DNA of 63,997 nt, filler included, from Asterionella formosa (lineage: Eukaryota): NCBI GenBank assembly GCA_002256025.1. It is 7 parts of 7 records of this genome, joined end to end, with 100 filler letters (N's around TTAATTAATTAA, not from the genome) between each part and the next. Parts side by side here need not be neighbours in the genome. Positions count along the whole stretch, not along the records: positions 1 to 9,675 come from NKIB01010334.1; positions 9,776 to 19,446 come from NKIB01010337.1; 5 more parts are not named here. One strand, given 5' to 3'. How positions within the stretch are numbered: position 1 is the first letter of the stretch; every line of letters begins with the position of its first letter. The position numbers were made by a program, and so were the translations under genes. Below the pieces are notes generated by a model. It saw only the letters and a list, made by a program, of their open reading frames with translations, had not been told where the DNA came from and ran no database searches. Of the stretch, positions 1 to 11,966 are shown in pieces.

Positions 1-529
1 GGAATCCTAGTGGAATTGCTACTCCCACCACAAATATCATCTACCCACACTCATACTTCTCATTTCCCAACGTAAGTAAAGAGGATATGCATCAATTTGT
101 TGAATCACTTTAACCAAATGTTCCTGAGAATAATATTCATTACAATGACCGCATTAATCAACGGGACATTGATGACGATGTTGATTTTGAATGGATCTAA
201 TACAATCCAATGCATACTTAGTAGTTACATAATAAATACAGTTAGTGTGAGACTTTTACAATACAAGCCATATCATAGATGATAGGAAAACGTTGACGCT
301 GCTCTATTTTACTATTACTATTCTTAGTGCCGCCTGTACTACATGTAGCGGTATACCTCGATTTTTACTACTGTGGTGGAGTGATAATTACACGACTCTG
401 TATTGTCCAGCACAGCATGATCGGAGTTATGCTCAATTTATTATTATATATTATTTCATTAACATTCTATCCTTTCATATCCTGACTTGATCGTCATTTG
501 AAATTTGCAATGTCTTTTCGGATATTGCA

Positions 530-1098
530 ATGATCGTGTTATCTGTGTAACTACAAATTTCGGGAGAACAAATCCCCATCTGAGTCTCATAATCGAAGTT
601 GTAGCAACCGTGTATTCTATGCATATGGTCACTGTCTACATTGCATGCAAAAACATCGAGTTCCTGGAATACATAATGAAACTATGTATTGCGGTAGTGC
701 ATCGAATCATTCAAGGAAAGAAGTTAATGGCAGTGTAACTGCTGCAGCATTTAGGGAGAGTAGACAACAAGAAGAGATTATGTGTCCTTTCCTTAAACAT
801 TCTCTAAACATGCGCGCATCAAATCGAATTAGAACTCATGTTATTCCTTAACAAGAATTACCTTCCACCAGTTTACTTTGATTGTCTAATGAAATGGCCG
901 TTCAAGGCTAAGGCAATGAAATATTTTGATGGAAGGTATCAAGCTCCATCCTACCAGACTTTGAAAAACGCATGGATATTACAATTCCACTAACATAAAT
1001 TGGTGGTCTACTGTTGACAAACAAATAAAGAGTGATAACAATTCAAACATGAACATCCCACACACACTCCATTATTTCGAACCAGTACAGCTCATGGC
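530..1098 (+). repeat. Inverted second copy of the transposase segment at ~1650-2430, with an internal deletion corresponding to ~1950-2175
   Basis: aatattttgatggaaggtatcaagctccatcctaccagactttgaaaa (~920-967) is the reverse complement of ~1785-1832; ctccattatttcgaaccagtacagctcatggca (1067-1099) is the reverse complement of 1650-1682. Confidence 0.92.
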
Positions 1099-3450
1099 AA
1101 TTTTGTTGTGTTCTTCTGTATCACCAATGATCATTCCAATCTGGAAATAAACTTGTGTCATACCAAGACCATGAACCCAAATATCGTATGACTTGTTTGG
1201 ATCGCTCTTCGAAAGGCGACAATAGAAATCCTGTAACAGAATGTTATAATTTGAGTCTACATAAGGAGGACAAGATGTCACCAGATAAGTTATTATTCAT
1301 TTGTTTTTAGATCGCTGACTTCAATGTCTGGCAAAAGAGATACTAATTGCCATCCATCAACTTTTTTTCTTCCTTCTATTGTTAAGTTTAACATTGTCAG
1401 CAAAAACGGATGCTCGGAATGTTTCATTTGTTTATCAATAGGTGAACCATCACTGAAAGCTGCTAGGGCAACAAATAAACACCGTGTCTTCAACAGTCCA
1501 TTTTCTGATGCAGGAGAATTGTTGAATGCATTTTCAAACCAAGTCGCAGAAGTCACTTCGTCATATATGCGTTCTCCACAAGTTGTAAGTTTCACTTGTG
1601 AATGACATACAAAATGTTGTATGATATCGGAATCACATAGCAAGAATCCTGCCATGAGCTGTACTGGTTCGAAATAATGGAGTGTGCGTGGGATGATCAT
1701 ATTTGAATTGTTATCAATCTTTATTTGTTTGGTCAACAGTTGACCACCAGCTAATGTTGGTGGAAATGAAATATCCATGCGTTTTTTTCAAAGTCTGGTA
1801 GGATGGAGCTTGATACCTTCCATCAAAATATTTCATTGCTTTTGCCTTGAACAGCCATTTCATTAGACAATCAAAGTAAACTGGTGGAAGATAATTCTCG
1901 TTGAGGAATAACATGAGTTCTAATTCAATTGGATGCATGTTCAGAGAATGTTTACTTGGAAGTTGAAATTGAGGAGCGAGGAAGGGGCATTTCCATTGCA
2001 TTTTCAGGGAGAAAGCCGGTGCGATCTTGAAAATCTGAATATTGTATGGTTTCTGAATTCAACCCTTGGAGAGTTTGTAGTCTCAATTGTTAGTCCTGTT
2101 GTGACTGAATATTGTTATCAACTGAATCGTCGCTGTCGTCATGAAGTGGATGATTGTGGTCACTTGATTCAAGGATAGGACACATAATCTCTTCTTGTCT
2201 AATCTCCCTAAATGCTGCAGCAGTTACAATGCCATCATTAACTTCATTCCTTGAATGATTTGATGCACTACCGCAATACATAGTTTCACTGTGTATTCCA
2301 GGAACTCGATGTTCCTGCATGCAATGTTGACAGTGACCACATGCATAAAAAGCACGGTTGCTACAATTTCGATTGTGAGACTCAGATGGGGATTTGTTCT
2401 TCCGAAATTTGTAGTTACACAGATGACACCATTGCAGTGACCGACTCAAAACATCATGCTGTCAGAGCATCTCCCTGCAAGAACTTACCTAAGAATCCTT
2501 TAAATTGATTATTCAATATACATTCTGACATTCTCTCAACTTTTTAATGCACATGCCACCAAATGTTGATTTGATGGTTTGATTCATCGGAAGTAGTGCA
2601 TCAGAACCCTTCCATATGAAATCGGCAAGCTCTGGGTCACTCTCCACTTCTTTTCCTAACTCCGGTTTCACTGTGTATAGCCGAGAAAGGCAAACCAATC
2701 CTGTTTGTGATTGGAAATGTCTTTCATACTACTTGAACCAGATAGGCATGGCGGGATGTTTGATTCTCTTTTGGGACCAGAAAAAAGCACATTAGATTGA
2801 TATTCTGTTTTACAGTACCTGCAATTCACAATCAAACTTACATGTTCACAGCAAAACTTCTTGGTCTTGAAAGAAAATAAATATCACAACCTTTGTGACA
2901 ATTGATGGTTCAACTTTAGCTAAGTGAGATCGACGTTCTGATAAGGCTGCTGAAATTAAAGAGTCTTGATAACCTCGTTTGGACAGACGAGTTTTGAACC
3001 GAGCGAATTACGACCTTTGTAGTGATTGAGCTCATTGACCAATTGAAAATATCCTTTGGCAAGTGCAAAATGTTTTTCCCTCAGTTTGTCATGTACTTGT
3101 TAGTCCGTGCGATTAGAAAGTTTATGATATTGTACCACGTTGTCCATCTGCATCCGAGAGTTATGAATGGTATCATCGACAGGAGCCATTTTTCTTGTAT
3201 CAAAAACTGAAGTAGAAACGGCATCATCACTGTCAGTATCAATAAGGGGATCCTTTGTACTAGTAGCTGATGGTAATACCCCATCAACAATGGTGTATTA
3301 CCCCCAATGTCTCCCAATCGCCAATTGGGTTGCTTTGGAAAATCGCCTATTCGCTTTTTTCTTTGTTAACTCATTTTGGAACTTGCTTCTTTGTTCCATA
3401 CCGGCCGTATTTGCCACATGTCGCTTTTTTTCCATGAACCTCTTTATGGT
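1099..3450 (-). mobile_element. Degenerate Plavaka-like (CMC-related) transposase gene, broken by stops and frameshifts and truncated at its 3' end
   Basis: Minus-strand ORFs 1293-1778 (ERIYDEVTSATWF...LAAFSDGSPID...HPFLLTMLNL) and 1072-1281 (GMIIGDTEEHNKI) resemble Plavaka-type transposase motifs; fragmented reading frame continues up to ~3450. Confidence 0.65.
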
Positions 3451-3686
3451 TTCTTGAAGACATTGTACTAATCAATAACTGTTGTTGTTGTCTTACTTAA
3501 AGTTCGATGATCTTACATTCAGGTGTTGCTGGTTACAATGAAATGAATCATCAGCAACTACAAATAATATTTCACGCTGACTACATATGATGATACCATA
3601 AGACCAACAGTGCTATTTATATTATCATATACAAAATCAGAACCGAGTTTCAGTAATAGCATATCTTGTTTTTAATTATATGATTA

Positions 3687-4133
3687 TACGATCCTAAAAC
3701 TATGATGATTAACTGTCCAACGGTAGTAGCAACAGTCCTGAACATATGATGTTTTGTTGCTCATTTACTAATCCAACTACCCCTTTTCAGTTTCACAATC
3801 ATACGATCCTGAAACTTTGATAATTTACTGTCCCGCTGCAGTAGCAGCAGTCATGAACATATGATGTTTTGTTGCTCATTTACTAATCCAACTACCCCTT
3901 TTCAGTTTCACAATCATACGATCCTAAAACTTTGATAATTTACTGTCCCGCTGCAGTAGCAGCAGTCATGAACATATGGTGCTCTGTTGCTCGCTTATCA
4001 CTCCGACTATCTTTTTCAGTATTACGATCATACGATCCTAAAACTATGATGATTTACTGTCCCACTGCAGTAGCAACAGTCCTGAACATGATATGGTGTT
4101 CTGTTGCTAGTTTACTACTCCGACTACCCCCAG
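3687..4133. repeat. Tandem repeat, ~115-bp unit x ~4
   Basis: tacgatcct(a/g)aaact...ctgtcc...gtagca(a/g)cagtc(c/a)tgaacat recurs at 3687, 3802, 3917 and 4031. Confidence 0.92.
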
Positions 4134-4702
4134 TATATCACTTACTACCTGCTACTGGTACTCTGTGTATATATATGATATATTGCTATTGTCATATGAT
4201 GTATCGATACACATGAAGAGCTCCCAACAAAAAAAGGGGCTTAAACAATGTGCTACCAAAACCCTTGCGGTTATGACTTACACCAATTGAATGGTCTAAA
4301 TAATTAGTTTCAACGGACGTAGAAAATATCGATGCAAACAAATTTCAGAATCAATACCGGTACACATTGGACATACAGTGCATTGAGTATTTTCGAATTA
4401 TGTTTATGCGAGTATGATCATCTCAACCATATCAGATGTTCCATATCGAGAGCGCCTTTGAATTTTATAAATGTATAACACTTAATATATATATATATAT
4501 ATTTACAAATTTTATGACTATATTCATGTCATATATATTTTTGAAATCGTTCTGTCATGTTAACAAACAATGCCTGCTGCTTCATGAAAAGATACGCATG
4601 TCGTAGTAAAGCACATGACAAGAAAAGAAAGTTTACGCAATACATAACGAAAAACATTGTGACTTCGACACATTGCGAATTCGAAGGATGGAGAATGTTT
4701 AA

Positions 4703-6385
4703 GGTCATGAAGCCATCAATGTGGTACTTGGATGACAATGGTTAGGAGGCAGGACAACAACAAATTGTTAACTAAACGCACATTTCCTTTTTTCTCAGTT
4801 GTTTCAACAGCTCCTTTCGCTTGTTGGGGAGCACCAATGTAAAACAGAACCATATTGCGTAAGTGCTCTTGTCGCTCGTTGGACCTATTCACTTCTGTTG
4901 GAACAAACTGACAAAACGTTTACTTTCTCTCAAAGTTAAACTGACAAAAATTAAACGGTAAGTTTTATTCGACAACATTGGATACCCGAAACTTACTTAT
5001 TCAAGAATTTGGCTTACTAACAATTTACTGTAATAGACTTATGCATCCGTTGCATTGATTTGTTGTAAGTGAAGCAAGAGGATATGGTTGAATTGTGTGT
5101 CATTGTGTCAATGTGACATGACTAGCTAACAAATCATTCATTCTCCTCATTGTTAGTGTTACTGCATGGGACAATAAAACCAATCAAACAACAGAATAGT
5201 CGGTGAGTTTAGAGTGTCACTAAATGCAGGGAGAAATGCGAGACATTAAGCACTGCATGGCGCAAGATTCAGAATAGAGGAAGGAAAGGGCGAGACAGGA
5301 TCAATATACATTGAGCTGAGTAGAGAGAGAAACATTGGGTTGGTGGCATGTAGAATCATAGATAGCATTTCTAAATTTGTCAATTAAATTAAGATCCGTT
5401 TTTAAAAAACTTTTATAATTAGACATATGATCACGTTTAAGATAGATTTACGAAGAAAAAATTCACATGATAGCATATAGTTTAGCTGATTTTAGGATAC
5501 GTTGTAGTTATAATTTAGTACATCGGGCAATCACGAGAAGTGAAAATAATATGAAAAGGTTTTTGATATTAATGGGAAATGTTGTTGATCAGTTTATATA
5601 CATTTTGTGATGATTATGTTCTTATTATCAATTACTTCAAGGTCAGTAAAATATTAATAAATCATCATAGTTACAAGATACCTTGATCATATTTTTGATC
5701 CAAAAATTATCATGTATACGAAAATCCTGTGCCACTTAGCGTACAATACCCTTGATCCTATATGCATGATGCTTTTTATTTGCAGACGTGTCTTGCTCTT
5801 TTCTTCCTCTATTCTTAATCTTGTGCCAAGCAGTGCCTACTAATGTTGCGTCTTTTTCCCTGCTGTTAGTTTCATTCTGAACTAACCGACTATTCTGTTG
5901 TTTGATTGGTTTTATTGTCATATGCAGTTACACACAGTAACAATGAGAAGGAAAAACTTGTTAGCTAGTCAGGTTACACTGACACAACATCACGATATTC
6001 CAACATATCATCTTGCTTCACTATTCACAAATCAAAGCAACAGATGCGTAAGTCTGTAATAGTCAATTGTCAGCAGTCAATTCTTGAATAGGTAACTTTC
6101 AGGTATCCAATTATGTCGAATAAAACTTACCGATTCATTTTCATTAGGTTAACTTTGAGAGAAGTTAAATGTGTCTGTCAGTTATGTTCCAACAGAAGTG
6201 AAAAGGTCCAATGACAAGAGCACTTACCAATTTTGTTTTGTTTTACATTGGTGCTCCCCAACAAGCGAAATGAGCTTTTGAATATTGATTTAACTGAGAA
6301 GAAAGGAAATGTGCGTTTAGTTTACAATTTGTTGTTGTCAGCCCAATGATTGTCATTCATGTACCACATTGATGGCTTCATTACC
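4703..6385. mobile_element. Non-autonomous fold-back element with ~590-bp imperfect terminal inverted repeats, flanked by TTAA
   Basis: TTAA(4699-4702)-ggtcatgaagccatcaatgtggtac... and ...gtaccacattgatggcttcattacc-TTAA(6386-6389); arms ~4703-5295 and ~5790-6385 align as diverged reverse complements; AT-rich spacer with no convincing ORF. Confidence 0.75.
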
Positions 6386-6389
6386 TTAA

Positions 6390-7030
6390 GGTTGCTGCAT
6401 TTGAGGTAGGGTTAAAAATATAATATTGAGTCAGACTAATCAAATACATACTTTCCACATATAAATCAAATATGTCTAACACTCAATGGAGATTTCACCA
6501 AGAGACATCCTTTCCATGTGCTTAAAAAAAGTCTTTGGAAAAAGTAGGGGCGGGTGTAGGTCCACTCAATATATCGTCAGTATATAGGATCTGGTCAGAA
6601 ACTGCAGAAAGGAACTTGTTTTTTAACTATGTTAAAACTCAGAGGAAATCTGTTTAAATTGGCATAGTAAAAAAGCGAAATTGCTTTCTGCAGTTTCTTG
6701 CCAGAAGTTATATACTGATGCTACCTATGTATCTAAACCGCCGTCAGACCCAGCCAACATTTAGCTATCGTCCTCCAAAAACTCGAGAACATCGGCCTTT
6801 TCTATGGTCTCCAAAATATCGGAATCAGAAATATTAAGTGCTGAAACGTCATCATCGGAATGGTAGTTGTGTGCCGGAATTTTTAGTCGTAAAATCTCCT
6901 GTCCAAAAAATTCCATTGTAAGTGCCCGCTTCCACAAATATAATATGATTGGTGAATGTGAATTACATTCCTCTGTTTGATTGGCCTGTTATGCGAGGTC
7001 TTGCAAACCCATGCCGGCGACATTGGATAG
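6390..7030 (-). mobile_element. Diverged right-end fragment of the Kolobok-like element found at 40454-42802
   Basis: TTAA-ggttgctgcatttga... and the following ~640 bp align to the reverse complement of ~42123-42806 (e.g. aaattccattgtaagtgcccgcttccaca; tatataggatctggtcagaaactgcagaaaggaac). Confidence 0.88.
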
Positions 7031-7395
7031 ACATGTAAAATTTTCCGGTGCTTTATTCACGACGGATAACAGTAGATGATCATCATTGGCCACTGGGTCA
7101 TATACATAAGACATTCTCGTCAATCAGAGTATAGATTGTATTACTGGTGTATGCACATGAAGCAATGTAGAATATATATATATAATAAATGATTTGAATA
7201 TGTCGAACGGATTCAATGCATAGCAGATAAAATTGTTAATTGGAGAAAAGTGTGTCCATGCATACATGTTGACCGTATTTTTAGCTCAAATATACATACA
7301 GCGACTAAAAGTGTTTATATATCGTCTGTTTTCCGTTAGATCTAACGTTTTACTCAAAATATGTAAAAAACTGATTGATTATCCAAAAATTTTGA

Positions 7396-7790
7396 TATGT
7401 TCATGATAATTTTGATATATCAACAGCCGTGTCTGTATGATCAATCAAATTTGTACATTAGGTTACTAGCATACACATGTTAGGTTATGCATATATAAGA
7501 ACTCATATATATTAGCTACCAAATCTAATTGGTTCACCAAAATTGTTGATATATTTATCAAATGTTTTGTTATGTTGATGATAATTTTGATAAATCAATG
7601 ACTGTGTCGGTGTGGTCAATCAAATTTGGTTGTCAGATTATTTGCTTACACACGTCAGGTTACGCATAGATAGAAGTCATATATTTTAGTTATCAAAACT
7701 AATATGCTAACCAAATATTTTGATGTATTGATACGTTGTTTGATTGATCAATAGCTGTTGCTCTTTGATCAATTATTGTTTTTAGCGAAG
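7396..7790. repeat. Degenerate ~175-bp tandem repeat (~2.3 copies)
   Basis: tatgtt(c/g)atgataattttgata...gtgtc...tcaatcaaattt...aggtta(t/c)gcata recurs at ~7396 and ~7571. Confidence 0.75.
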
Positions 7791-7819
7791 GTTATGACTT
7801 TACAAAGATCACCTTACAT

Positions 7820-7896
7820 TTAGGGTTAGGGTTAGGGCAAAGGGACGACGCCTCTAGGCGTCATCCCTATAGAGCATCCAGCCCTTCTAGGGCTGG
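7820..7896 (+). repeat. Interstitial (TTAGGG)3 followed by two GC-rich hairpins
   Basis: TTAGGG x3 at 7820-7837; AGGGACGACGCCT-ct-AGGCGTCATCCCT at 7841-7868; CCAGCCCT-tct-AGGGCTGG at 7878-7896. Confidence 0.85.
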
Positions 7897-9675
7897 GCAT
7901 GTAACTGTAGCACACAGTATGACTAATCCTATTGATGGAAACTGGTATGAGAATGTATGTGTTAGTACTGGTTGTTTGTCTTTTGATATCAATATGTAGA
8001 AGTGCACTGTGTTGTACTTACCAGAGTGATGGCAATGTAAAAATGTTATACATTATTATTATGTTATGCATGTCATATATATAAAATTCGCGTTCGCGGG
8101 TGCGTTCCGACTGACATGGTGAAGTGCCAATATATGTGTTGTTACTTTTTGGTGGAGTGTAGCAATTCCATGGGCATGGCAACAGTTATGGCATGATGGT
8201 ACATCGATGTTATGGTTTGACAAATGTATTTGCTGTTGGTACGAAGAAGACCTTCATGTCATATTTAAAGATGAGGGTGGGTTCACTGAATCGATTAAAG
8301 ACTGTGCCAATTGGACAAGAATTGAATGAGAAACAATGGACGGTGTGATCGTCATGGTGTGTTTGTTTTTGATGTCAATGATAATGGTTGTACGACAATG
8401 CTAACACTTTACTGTACAGTTTAATGTAGTTGTACCTTGTACCTCTGTAGATTTGTACTGGTGACCTGTACTGATTTCAAATGACGATCGGTATATTATA
8501 ATGATTTTTTCTATTTAGCTGTACATACATGTAATTGGTTAGTTCCTGGTACCTGGGATCTGGTACCAGGACACTTGTTTAGTCACAGGCACAGAGTAAT
8601 ATTGGCCGTATTGGTTGTTGTACCTCGTTGATCTATCCGGTAGCATGTCCTCCGTACACAGAAAAGAGAGCCTTATTTTCAGTATACTTGCAGTCCCGTA
8701 TTTTGCCCTCTGTAGATTTGTACAGATGACCGGGTACGAAATTTGAATTTATGGTCGGTATAATGTATGCATTATATCTATGTATCTGTACATTCCACTG
8801 GCAGTTTGTTTTTGACAATGCTTTATGGAAAAATATATTTATGTATATATATATATTTGTTTTGAACCGGCTTTATATGCACATGTATAGATACCTATAC
8901 ATTGAAGTATTTGATTTCATTTTTGTTTGTTAAGTTTACACGGGTGTTGTCATGTTATCGGTAGTTCGTACTGGGATTTTTGCCATGTAATATGTACGAG
9001 GTAATATATTATTTTTGTTGTGGTACTTGCTGTTTTGACCAATGTATTGTATGTAAACCATGTTATTTATTCTCTGATGTCGTCTTATTTGCTGTACCAG
9101 TAGTTTCGTTATTTTATGTTTGAGTTATCTTTGAAGGATATCAATGTATATATCAAGTTTAATTTGTTTATGTGTATGAATTTAAATTTATGTTGTCATA
9201 ATGGTCCTTCTATACACGATATTGTATCTTGCACCTTGAGTGGTTTTGTGATCTTTATCATTTCCTGTCGTTGTGGTTATGATAATCGTTGAACGTTTTT
9301 GTCAGTAGGCGATAGAATAGAGAAATCATCAGGGGAATACGATAATTGCTGATCTTCCATTTCAGTCCTGATTTATATATGTGTTTTGGCGTTGAGCAAA
9401 ATCATTTCTACATCCAGCAATGTGATATGGTATTAATGTATAAATGGGCGCACTCTGATAATAAAAAATAATTATATCATGTGTGTATTATAACACAAAT
9501 TATTCTGGTGATCTGCTACATAATATCGTCCTTGCGCTCTGATAATAGAGATATTTTAGATTACTTCTCTGACATTATATATATTTTTAACTTTAATTTT
9601 CAACAGTTAAATTTTCATATCGATGCATCCTCTTGTATGCTATGCCGCCTCTTGTTCATTATATGCATGAGTTCT

Positions 9676-9775
9676 NNNNNNNNNNNNNNNNNNNNNNNNN
9701 NNNNNNNNNNNNNNNNNNNTTAATTAATTAANNNNNNNNNNNNNNNNNNNNNNNNNNNNNNNNNNNNNNNNNNNN
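9676..9775. other. Artificial scaffold linker (N-run + TTAATTAATTAA + N-run); same linker at ~19447-19546, 29213-29312, 38966-39065, 48707-48805, 58439-58538
   Basis: Identical palindromic 12-mer with stops in all six frames, embedded in ~100-nt N blocks and recurring every ~9.7 kb; the intervening segments decrease monotonically in length. Confidence 0.97.
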
Positions 9776-10562
9776 TGGTAGCTAGAATTATTTTGTACTG
9801 GTAGCTACGATGGCTACCTAATGTAGTTTCATGATGCATTTAGCCATAATTGTGACAGACGTAAATAATTAATATATAAATCGATATCAAACCATCATCA
9901 AAACAAACACTTAAAAGATTATTGACAGAAAAACTAAGATAATATGAGAGTTAAAAGGCAAATTGAATATTTAGAAAGCAAGGGATAACCACCCATGAAA
10001 ATGAATGATAATAAATGGTTAGAACATGATATAGACAAATAATATAAGGGCAGGAATAAAGTTTTAGAGTCAAAAATAGGCTAACTGAAACCAGAATTTG
10101 AATACAAAATTTTCTTCAGGTCACATCAAGCACTTATCATTACGGATAGGATCTTTGATTCCTTTTCACCTACGGGAAGGTCATGTAAATTTTTTTGTTT
10201 AGAGAAGCGATTACTTTATTGTAATATTAAATATATATATTTAGCATACATTTGACTAATAGCGTCAAAATCTAATTCTCATTGCCCTGGCATCCAAATC
10301 CTATCCACAACAACAAGTGCTCCATGTGGTGGTAAAATATGTTTATTGATAGTCATACCAAAGGACCATAATCATCAATTTTTAAAACTTCATATCTTTA
10401 GAATAAGGAAGCTTCTTTCCAAATTAAGCATACCTAATGAAAGCTGAGAGCTTCATCTAACTTAAGTTATGTCCTTGATTTGTTGTCACCATGAAGTTTG
10501 ACTAAAATATTTGAGTCGAAACATGAAGTGTAAACTTTATATGATCAGTTTTTAGGTGGGCG

Positions 10563-10960
10563 GTACCTGGTACCTGGTACCAGGTTGAACACCAGGTACT
10601 GTAAGATCCCGATTACCAGGGGTGCCTGATGGTGCAAACTTCGAACTTGTACCTGGTCCCTCGTATGTAGGATTATGTACCTGTCTACAGGAAGAGGTAG
10701 GGAGTTCTCTATACACTACCGGTACATACATATTTTTTTTTAGTACCTGGTACATAAATCCTACGAATCTACGCCCAACTTCATCCTATACCAGGTACCT
10801 GGTACTGGTCAGTTTCCCCACAGTCGTCGTCCTACGGACCTGGTACGTACCAGGTACCTGGTACTAGGTTGTTTGCTTCCATTCTGCTTGAAGCTCTACG
10901 AGAAGCCCTACCGGTACGCATACCGGTACTTGCGGACAGCAGAAAGTAGTACCGGTACAG
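10563..10960. promoter_or_regulatory. Dense cluster of GTACCTGGTAC/TACCAGGTAC/TACCGGTA motifs upstream of the gene at 11139
   Basis: Many overlapping copies within 400 bp; similar clusters lie upstream of other genes in the window; regulatory function is inferred only. Confidence 0.45.
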
Positions 10961-11138
10961 GGTAGTCGTTTTCGCTGCGGACCTGTCACAATTGCTCGTT
11001 GTCCTCCGCGATATTTGCTCTCGTACGGTGCTCTTGTAACGACAAGGACATACTGCAACGTGCGTAGAGTTGTAAGCGAGGGACCAACAGAAATCGATCA
11101 TTTCTTTGGGTTTTCATCGATTGCAACTACTGAACATC

Positions 11139-11966
11139 ATGGAGGTTGCCTCGCCGCTTTCGTTTACTCCTAGTCAAGTTGGGACTAAGAGATCCTTTGC
11201 ATGCTCTCCTCCCTTGATGGACAGCGCCTCATCAATGGAAGTTACCATGTCGGAAGAAAATAATTACCTCGTGCAACAGCCCTTCAAACGACGACGTTTT
11301 CATACTGCTATCGAACACGCGGAATCTGGCCAACTCAATCCTTTCAATCATTCGCCTGCTTTCGCCGCTTTTGGCTCGCAATCTGCAAGAACTCCCTTTG
11401 CGACTGTCAATGGTAAGTTGGATGTTTTGTCGATTGAAGCAATGAAAACAAAGCAAAGAAATACAAAAGCTCTGATGACGTCATATAGCTCCGGGAACAC
11501 AAATGCCTTCTCCTGTTTGACCCGTTTCGAATCACTGTCAAGAAAAGTGTGATCTCACTCTACCTCCTATCACTCGCTCCATTCAACAGGATTCAAGAGA
11601 AGTCGAGCAGATGGTAGCTTTGGAAATGAGCTAAACCGAGTGGCTCAGGACCAGTCCGAAGAGGTTGAAAGTCTGAAGACTGAAAAAACTACTCTAGAGG
11701 CCACAGTGACTGGCTTACGATCTGAAAACGAGAAAGTGTTACACGAAAATAAAATTCTGAAGAAGGCCGTCACAATTCAGCAAGAGCGCCATTATCATGC
11801 CGCCTCCGAGTTGGATGCAGCTCGCCGATACAAGGTGGATGCAGACGAAAAGATCAGAATGCTGGAACAAATGGTCATGACGCTACGATACCATCTACAA
11901 GCTCAGCAAATTGGACCAGGTAATGACTTCATGAATAACAGCCATCGACCTCCCGATGTCTATTGA
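11139..11966 (+). CDS. Coiled-coil protein resembling the C-terminus of the plant 'ubiquitin system component CUE' family; exons 11139-11412 and 11590-11966
   Basis: ATG at 11139; a GTAAGT...CAG intron (11413-11589) joins the two ORFs in frame; ENKILKKAVTIQQER...LEQMVMTLRYHLQAQQ...RPPDVY matches my recollection of that family's C-terminus. Confidence 0.75.

Noticed and set aside
3687..4133. CRISPR-like array or tandem hammerhead ribozymes
   Set aside because: Whole units are repeated with no unique spacers, there are no cas genes, the context is eukaryotic, and no CUGANGA...GAAA core with supporting stems was found on either strand.
9720..9731. TTAATTAATTAA palindrome recurring every ~9.7 kb as a biological repeat
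   Set aside because: Always embedded in N-runs; a standard all-frame-stop assembly spacer.
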